From assembly GCA_000091205.1 (NCBI GenBank), contig AP006489.2: a DNA stretch of 64,000 bases. The stretch is one strand, 5' to 3'. This document shows, piece after piece, positions 56,515-64,000 of the stretch. The notes below the pieces were generated by a model. That model was given only the letters and a program-made list of their open reading frames with translations, made no database searches and was not told the origin of the DNA. Each line of letters begins with the position of its first letter. Position 1 is the first letter of the stretch. Source of the DNA: Cyanidioschyzon merolae (taxonomy: Eukaryota). Made by a program: the position numbers and the translations under genes.

Positions 56515-58149
56515 TTACACGGTTGTCTTTCGATACACCAGACGCGTCTCCCCGTGTCGCCATACTAGGAAATCGTCGCTTGATAAACCTGCTGCAGTTA
56601 GCGCCTGCGCAAGCCTTCGCTCCGGATCGCCGAGGCCCTCGTCCGTCAGCACAAACGTGGAGTGGTGCATTGCAACGCTCGACCTCGCTCGTACATCCCG
56701 ATGAATGGCTACCGAATCCACTGGATCTACATGAAAGCGGCTCATAAACCATCGCGGTGAATAGGCACCAATAGGGATCATGGCGAAATCGAAGGGACCC
56801 CACTTGTCGCCAATCTCTCGAAACACAGGGCAAGGTGCTCGCTGCGGGTGCTGGACCGCCAGCTGCTCGCGTTCTTTTTCTGTCGGATACGGATAGCTCG
56901 GGTCATCCTCTCGAATGACGCGGTAGGCAGTATCTCCGGCAAAATAACATCGAAAGTCCGTCTCGATATCCCGGAGCACCCAACCGCCCCAGAGTGTCTG
57001 ATTTCGATCCCAGAGCGTGCGGCCCGTAGCGTGCTGTGCCGGCACAAACGTGACCTCGAGTCGCCCGAGTCTCCTTTGCTCGTACCAGTCCAGTTCATAG
57101 ATCTGGTGCGAGGCCGGCACTTGTCCGCCCCAAAGCGGATTCTTGTCTCGTAGCAACGACTCGACACCCAGAGGAACCAGCCAGGAGATCGTACGACGCT
57201 GCGCCCTGGCGCTCGCTACGAGCGCCCGAATCGTTCCAATATCACAGTGATCGTAATGGTTATGACTGATGCACACAACATCAGGTAATGGGCATTCTTG
57301 GAGAGGCGCTGCCCTGACAAGCCGTTTCGGGCCCAGGAATGACACTGGACTTGCCCGTTCCGAGAAAATCGGGTCCAAGTACACGGTGGTGATACCGTTG
57401 GGAAGATCGTATCGGCGCCCGGCGCAGTTCGTCGGCTGTGTCGCTTCATCAGTATCGCTTCGCCCAGGAAACTGTAAGATGAAGCTGGCATGACCAATCC
57501 AAGTGGCAGCTATCGCCGCCTGCTGGGGTTCCACGTTGCCCACGAGACTCCAGTCCGGAGTACGTGCTGCTGCCTGCAGTGCTTGTCGCTGCTCCTGCGT
57601 CACTCTACTCGTCTCCTTGTTCCAGACGCTGCGGACGCGCCAGATGTCCTTTAGCGGGGGCGGGTCCGCCTCCGAGGTCCACGGGTTGCGAAAACCGCAC
57701 AGCCGACCGTTCGCGTCGCGCACGTGGTGCTCCCGAGCACCCGACGGTGCGGCTGCCTTGCGTGTTGCATCCGGTGCGGTCGGGGCTGTCGCCTCGAGAT
57801 CAGACTCGCAAGTTCCAGCGCCAACAGCGAGCGGAGAGCTCATGCGCAAACCGCGCTGACGAGCCCCGACACTCGCTTGTTTGGGCGCACTTGCACTCTT
57901 CGTTGTCGCAGTCGTTGCGCTGCGCTGAAACTCAGAATCGTACTCACGTTCGAGTTCCTGAGCCTTCAACTGTACTCTGCTACAGATCCGCCGAAGTTGT
58001 CTCTGCCAGCTGCGGTACAGTGACGCAGCAGCCGTGCTCATGTAGAACCTGCAGCAAGTCTTTGCTAGGCGCATCGGATGCCACCATCCGATGCGAAAAA
58101 CTGCGCTGGCGCCCGGCAGGGCACAGCTGTGCTTTTTCTCCAGTTCCAT
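56515..58149 (-). CDS. N-acyl-phosphatidylethanolamine phospholipase D-like metallo-beta-lactamase (NAPE-PLD family), with a roughly 150-aa N-terminal extension.
   Basis: ATWIGHASFILQFPG, LDPIFSERASPVSFLGPKRL, PDVVCISHNHYDHCD, ELDWYE, VTFVPAQHATGRTLWD, LWGGWVL, YFAGDTAY, FREIGDKWGPFDFAMIPIGAYSPRWFMSRFHVDPVDSVAIHRDVRARSSVAMHHSTF, FLVWRHGETR are collinear with human NAPE-PLD, including the HxHxDH metal site. Confidence 0.85.
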   Translation of the reverse strand: MELEKKHSCALPGASAVFRIGWWHPMRLAKTCCRFYMSTAAASLYRSWQRQLRRICSRVQLKAQELEREYDSEFQRSATTATTKSASAPKQASVGARQRGLRMSSPLAVGAGTCESDLEATAPTAPDATRKAAAPSGAREHHVRDANGRLCGFRNPWTSEADPPPLKDIWRVRSVWNKETSRVTQEQRQALQAAARTPDWSLVGNVEPQQAAIAATWIGHASFILQFPGRSDTDEATQPTNCAGRRYDLPNGITTVYLDPIFSERASPVSFLGPKRLVRAAPLQECPLPDVVCISHNHYDHCDIGTIRALVASARAQRRTISWLVPLGVESLLRDKNPLWGGQVPASHQIYELDWYEQRRLGRLEVTFVPAQHATGRTLWDRNQTLWGGWVLRDIETDFRCYFAGDTAYRVIREDDPSYPYPTEKEREQLAVQHPQRAPCPVFREIGDKWGPFDFAMIPIGAYSPRWFMSRFHVDPVDSVAIHRDVRARSSVAMHHSTFVLTDEGLGDPERRLAQALTAAGLSSDDFLVWRHGETRLVYRKTTV

Positions 58150-61100
58150 GCAGTGCAGCGATTGTTGGAAAATCCATGCAAGGATACCCTTTTTTTTCTC
58201 TGTTTCCTCGTAGTCGTTCTAAAAAAGGGATTTCTCCCGGAGATTGGAGCAGGATCGCAATAGACTTTATGGTGGCAGGGCGAGCTTGCGAAAGACTGCC
58301 TTACTTGGACATATTGGTTTTTGTACGGTCTGCGGGTGCATGAACTATCCTTCTCATGTCGTCCACATGCTGCACGTTGTGCACTCGAGGCGGAGCTTAT
58401 CAAACTCTATCTAGATGATTGTGCACATGTCCGTGCATTCGACTTCATACGTTGTCTACGAAATATTACGAATGAAGCTAAAGGGTGAGAAGTTTCGATT
58501 CCATTGATCCGGATATGGATGAAGCGACACGAATAGACAACATGAAGAGCACGTCGCAATGCGAAACCACCACGTGTTTATCAGAGATACGACTGATTTC
58601 GTATGGAAGCGCTGAGTCGCATTCCAGGAGAGACGGGTTCGCGTCGCACTCGATGAGACTCCATTCGAGGAACATGGAAAACCTGTATATGGGTACGCAA
58701 ATAGGGGTCAACAGCTGTTCGTAAAGAAGGGACAGGTAACCTTGAAGACAACTTCAGGTCTAATGGCTAATCAGGTGTATGGTCGCCCGCAAATCGCCAA
58801 ACTGGCGGGATCGTTCGACGTCTTGGTGCTTCATCGAACCAGGCCTCGTGGCCTCTCCTTCCCACTTGTTTTGTGTCCTGCTCGTAGACAGCGTCACTGT
58901 GCATGAATCAAAGGCAGTCGAGTCGTCCGCAACAGAGATTATCGTTGAGCTGCTCTTCATGCCTGCCGGTTCTGCCTGGTTCAACGCAGTCGAGGATATC
59001 TGGTGTAGTGTCGAACACCAATTTTACGCGTCCGGATCAATAGCCGAGTCGTTCGCATCCGCACCACTGTCCTTTGATGAATTTTGGTCCACATGCGCGA
59101 GCTTTGATATGCTCTATTCTTGTTTACTCGTGTGCGGAAGTTAGCGGGGGGCTGTCTCAGTCCATGATCGCGTCGCTCCGGAGCAGGCGATCAAGAAAAC
59201 TTTCTTGAGGATTCGCAGGTTCAGCATCGAAAGGTCGAGCTTCACAACGTATGTCCGTCTGGTGCATGTGAATTCCGAGTAAAAACCGGGTACAGAGAAT
59301 GCCGACTGTACTCACGCCACAAGACGAGGAAACCACCAGACAAGGAAATGAAAGATCCGTTGGAACAAAAGGACGAGGAAGGACGCGAAATAGAAACTTG
59401 CTGATCGGAAACATCAGGCTGAAATCGTTGCCAAGATCTCTCCAAAGAATCACGTCAATGTTGAGCACCTCCCGAAAAATGAGATGCAGGACGTAACGAC
59501 GGTTTGCCTGGTTTCCCTCGCCTTGAAGCACCTACTGAAGCGGTTTCTCGGGGGGCTCCGGACGCTATGCTGCCAGTCATCCACATTCTTCCAGCATTTT
59601 TCGATCCAATCTTCATGCAGCAATACAGCTGACACTATGGACCGCAGATGCAACACGGTCTGATTGCAGGATCTGAGCATCGGACACACGCTACCTAGAA
59701 TGGCTTGACGTGGTGCGATGCCACATCGGTGAATGGAACGCCCACAGCGCACGAGCCAAACAGTGTGAAACCCATCTCGAAGTCTATATACTGGTCAGTA
59801 TCGCGCGCTTGTTGAAGTGCATGCCGTCAGCATTCCACCTTCATGTTAGACGACCACAAAATTAGAGTCTTATGAAAGGGATCCTTGGGGTGTCGACAGA
59901 GGCAACTGATGAGCCGCTGGTGCCTGGTTCGGAACTAATGTCGCAACGAAAGCGCACGTCGCAGCAGCTCATCCAAACGCATTGTATTGCTCGCGGCCTC
60001 ATTCCGATGGACATCGTATCCAATGGATGGTTGAAGCGCGATGCCTGCAATCCTCGCATCCCACTCGACAACCATTTCCTGAGCAGAGCCTTCCGAGGTA
60101 AAACGACACGCTGCAGATCCGCACGTCGTCGCTTCATCGAGCTTCGATTCGATATGGTCCAGAAATCCGCGATCGAGACGCATCATATCATAGTAGAATT
60201 TCTCAGTCGTGAAACATCTCGTCAATGAGCTAGGGCTCGTCTCTGCGGGCAAGTATACAGCATTCGAAAAATTCCTCGAAGAGCATGGACAACGTTCATT
60301 CGGGGTTTCTCGTTTCCACGGAGCAAATGTAGAGCAGCGTACAGGCATGACCGAAAGCGGCGGTATATCCATCTGCATGTACTTGGTAAAACTCGGAGAA
60401 TCGTGGTCTAAATCGAGCGCCGATACTCACCTGCAACCGTTTAGTGTAGACGACGAGAAACTCTCCAAAGTGAGTTTTGATCCACGGTTTGAAGAACGTC
60501 ATGGCCGCCGCCATGCCCCTCAATCAAGAGTACGGACCCCAAGACCTGAATGACAGACAGGTGATGCTGGTCAATGGTTGCAGGGCTGGGCATCACCGCG
60601 AGTCGGGCGTGATGCATTCCAGACGGCATCGCAGGACATCGAATGACGGCCTTGGGAAGCATTTCGAAGCGCCAGGCACCGTATCGAGCAGCTAAGGATG
60701 CTTTGTACGCTTCATCTATGGATTACGTCAGCGTCCACGCAGCGCTTGAGGGCGATTTTCGGCAGCAGTGCACGAGATCGAGCCATTGCGATGGCCAACG
60801 GTGTTTGATCCTGCGGAGCCAAGAGGCATGCATTTGCCAACTTCTTTAACTCGTTGGAATGGGGATTGCATTGCGTGTCACGTCGTTTGGTGGTAGCGTA
60901 TGACACCGAACGTGCAGCAGCGTGGAAGCACTGCGCTCGTGCTCGGTCCCTGCGAGCGTCCACCGAGTCCAGGAATCGACTCATTACGACGGACATCGAT
61001 GCGTGCATCACGAGCACGAGTGCACCCTGAAGCGGATAGAGAAGAAGCGCACGTCATAGAGCCGGATGCATGAGATAACGTACGATACGCTGACGGGACA

Positions 61101-64000
61101 TCAGTTTGCAAATGAGTCAAAAGTGAGAGCCTTGCTCGGGTCGAATGCCACGCGCAGGTGCTCGCTGTACCAGGACTCGGGCGCATCGGCCTATATCCGT
61201 AATGATGTCTCATGCGATCGGAGCGACCATTGGGTTTGTGTCGGGCGCACTTTCGAAGCAATGGTTTCGTATTCGGTGTGGGTATCATGCTGAAACGCTG
61301 AAGACTCTCAATGAAAGAAATCAGGTACCAGGAGAGATGACCTTGGATTCCCGATCGGAACAAGGCGCTCGTCTTGTACAGTAACCAATCCAGCGGAACT
61401 AGCGCTACGTATCCATATTCACCGAAAAAAGCTTTCCAGGTCAATCGTTCAACGATACTTGTGCTTCATGCCTCGATATCGCTGAGTATCTCAGCTGGCT
61501 GCTGGGCGCAGGTTGCATCGCGGACGCATCAGCAATGCCGCTTGGCTGGGTCCAGGAACGCAACCCGCCGTGCCGGATTGGCATGGCATCATGAAGTGCT
61601 CGCTCTGTTCCCGCCTTGGATGTCTCCGAATCATTCTTTAGATGTGCAACCATGCCATTCGACGTGATGCAACAAGGGCTTGCGGAATCAAGCCTCGTAT
61701 GAGGATTCTCGGTTGCCGTTTCGAAGTGGCGCATCCGATGCATTGTCGCTGAAATTCGTTGCGTTCTCTGTATCAAGAGCGTTCGCGAGGCCCTCAATCA
61801 GGGATTCGGAACGAATGGGTATCACCGTGGAATTCCCGCGTACATGCCATCACCCTTCACCTGTCCACGCGTGTGTGGCAGGGACGAATCACGCATGCTT
61901 CAAGAGTTTGGCACTTGCATTTCATGCCAACACGTTTGTGCGGCATCTCCCCGCCGCTCGATTGGCGAAGAAGAGCATTCGACTTTATTTTTCTTGACGA
62001 CTTTTGCACAAGCCCATGCCAAGAGTTCAATGCTCTTTATCAAGTAATCGATTCCGTTCGGAGAGACAACGTCTCGTCTATTTGTGGCCATCGAAGAAAC
62101 CGTATTCGACAGCAGCATTTTACGGCTTGCGCGATGTGCGCTCTGGGGCTCGCGTCTCGTCGACTTCCACCGGAAAGCGTCTTGGGCTGGGCTTTGATTT
62201 GTGGGAACGATCGCTGGCGGCGGCAAGTGCATCATCGCTTTGCACAATGCAACCCAAGATGGATAGAAAAATTTCCTCGACTTTTTCGTGAGCCTGGCGT
62301 CCACTTTCAATACTGTGTTCATCATCGAAGACACCACGTTTTGCACATCCCCAATCGAATGGAAAGCCCTGCGTCTGTCTGTACGGCAGACAACAACGTC
62401 CTTTTCAACAGGGTCATACAGACGAAAAGCCGTTGATCATCGGGTACAGCACCGGGCGCGTATACCTAGGCAGGTACCGAGCAGAGGCATCGGTACCCGT
62501 CAGGCGCATGTTCCGAACGATGAAGCAAGCCTGTAGGCGCCGCAGGATAGCATCCGGAGAGGGCGATATTGTGGCCATATAGGAACATCTGACCATGATC
62601 GAGTATCAGTGCTGCGATAAGCGCACCTCCGCTCCATACAAACACGACGAAAATCGCAGTCGAAGCATAGATCGCGTTTACCGTATGCGCACGGAACCCA
62701 TCAACAACCGTCGGAAGCAGTCAAATCGGGACTTGTGCGCTTCCATCAGCATCCTTCGGTTGCGGATGGCGGAGCTGGAGCGAAAGAAGAGACAGGCTGA
62801 TCTAGGGCCGGAGAAACGGGAGCTCCAGGAGGAGGCATCCTCCGAAAAAACCAACCACATTCTCTTGTTCAGCATAGTTGGCTGCATCCGAAGCTTTAGT
62901 GTGTGTACGGCCGTCGCAGACAGCCTGTCCCATTGCATGCTGTCATGATGGTAAAAAAAGCTGCTATGATGCAGCGCTTGAAGCACCGCGGCGGACGTCG
63001 CATGCAGCCAGCACGCCCCTGTGGAGCCGTCAGGGACGTCGCCACGAGGCACGGCAAGTCTACCGTCAGACAGGCATCGTCCGGTGAAGGTGCGCTATTC
63101 TGTGCCATAGGGCTGGTGAAGGCGCCGAGAGACCCACAACGAGCCTCGCCTTGGAGGTCGGGGGGTGTCTTTTCCAGCGTTTTCCCGGGAGGCGTCTGTC
63201 ACGACGGTGCTCGCACGACCAGCACCGAAGCGCCGTCTAGGTACCGAATGTTTGCCGATGCACACGAGGTCATCTCGAATACCTCTGATGCCGCACGTTG
63301 CTTCTCCGGATGGAGCTACGCGAGGCAGCGTTCACGCCGAGCGAGGTGCGCGCCCAGATTACGACGCGATCGAGCCGGGACTGGAGGATACTCGCGCGGC
63401 TCCGTCAGGTTGACGCTTGGGCTGGAAAGGGGGTTTTCGAGTCTCAAAAACATCATTGAAAGTAAAGCGTATTATGATTGGCCCGCCTAACCGCAAACTA
63501 CTGGAATCCACTGGCAGCAACTCGTGACTGACTACTCAGCCACAGCGTAAGCTTTTCCGCCTAGCTCAGTTTCGGTAGGCCGCAATGTCTCCCGCGCGAC
63601 ACCAACGGGTAGTCTGTCAAGAGTCTACAGCAGTCGTGCCCAGTACAGCGTGCACCAGTGTTGTCTATTCGCCTGGGGCTAAACGAACTCTTTGTTCTGC
63701 TGTTGAAAGCAGCCGCCTACTGACGTGCGTGCGCGCTTTGCACCCCTTGTCTGAGACATTTCAGTGAATTCGCTGCTCGAAATGCACACTTCGGGATATA
63801 CCTCCTCTGAGTCCTCTTTTAAGACGTTTCAGAAGCATCGCTGCTTCAGGTGAAAACCTAGGAGCGTGTCCAGCTGAGCTCCAGTCCAAACAGGCTTCGT
63901 GCAAGCTGAGCCTCCAGCGCATCCAAGTGTGGCGCTGTCCGCAGGCGACGGTGCGACACGACCCTGCATTGGCAGCGACACAGCCGACGTATCTCCTGCC

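Noticed and set aside
63556-63600. tRNA-like D-arm string gcctagctcagtttcggtagg.
   Set aside because: No T-arm (GGTTCGAATCC-like) or acceptor-stem pairing can be found downstream, so it is not a supportable tRNA.
1-64000. Prokaryotic defence-island or operon interpretation, prompted by the bacterial-type genes (DXR, Obg, ABC1, Rieske, MBL hydrolase).
   Set aside because: These genes are interleaved with strictly eukaryotic ones (ASF1, RPL26, Nup42-like, Tem1-like GTPase, APE1). They are on mixed strands with intergenic spacers of about 1 kb or more, carry N-terminal presequences and are embedded in microsatellites, so they are nuclear genes of endosymbiotic origin, not a bacterial locus.

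Overview
This 64 kb window (about 57-60% GC) reads as eukaryotic nuclear DNA, not a prokaryotic island. The recognisable genes are histone chaperone ASF1, ribosomal protein L26 (eL26 family), a Nup42/NUPL2-like CCCH nucleoporin, a Tem1/Spg1-type Ras GTPase, an ExoIII-family AP endonuclease, glutamate-cysteine ligase, NAPRT and a NAPE-PLD-type metallo-beta-lactamase. They sit on both strands, and each is one uninterrupted ORF, so the genes look intron-poor or intronless. Several of them (DXR of the MEP isoprenoid pathway, a bacterial-type Obg GTPase, an ABC1/ADCK kinase and a small Rieske protein) are nuclear genes of the kind that normally serve a plastid or mitochondrion, which points to a GC-rich, intron-poor, plastid-bearing eukaryote. 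A red alga, a prasinophyte or an alveolate/stramenopile relative are all possible; the lineage cannot be fixed from sequence alone. Gene density is about one gene per 3-3.5 kb. I could not support any rRNA, tRNA, CRISPR array or intact mobile element. The points that most repay a second look are: (i) GC-rich genes alternating with three lower-GC islands (about 24.0-28.5, 30.4-34.5 and 58.4-62.6 kb) that carry only chains of short, frame-shifting same-strand ORFs; (ii) (ACGC)n/(GT)n microsatellites and a 14-bp minisatellite that recur at promoter-side intergenic positions; (iii) an 86-bp tandem repeat with a possible dispersed relative; (iv) a tandemly duplicated unit with a CACGTG motif and a perfect 20-bp palindrome in a convergent intergenic region; (v) lineage-specific extensions and insertions in otherwise conserved enzymes; (vi) four long ORFs of 340-730 aa with no recognisable family. 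No prokaryote-style defence system is present, and every functional assignment is from by-eye motif recognition without a database search.
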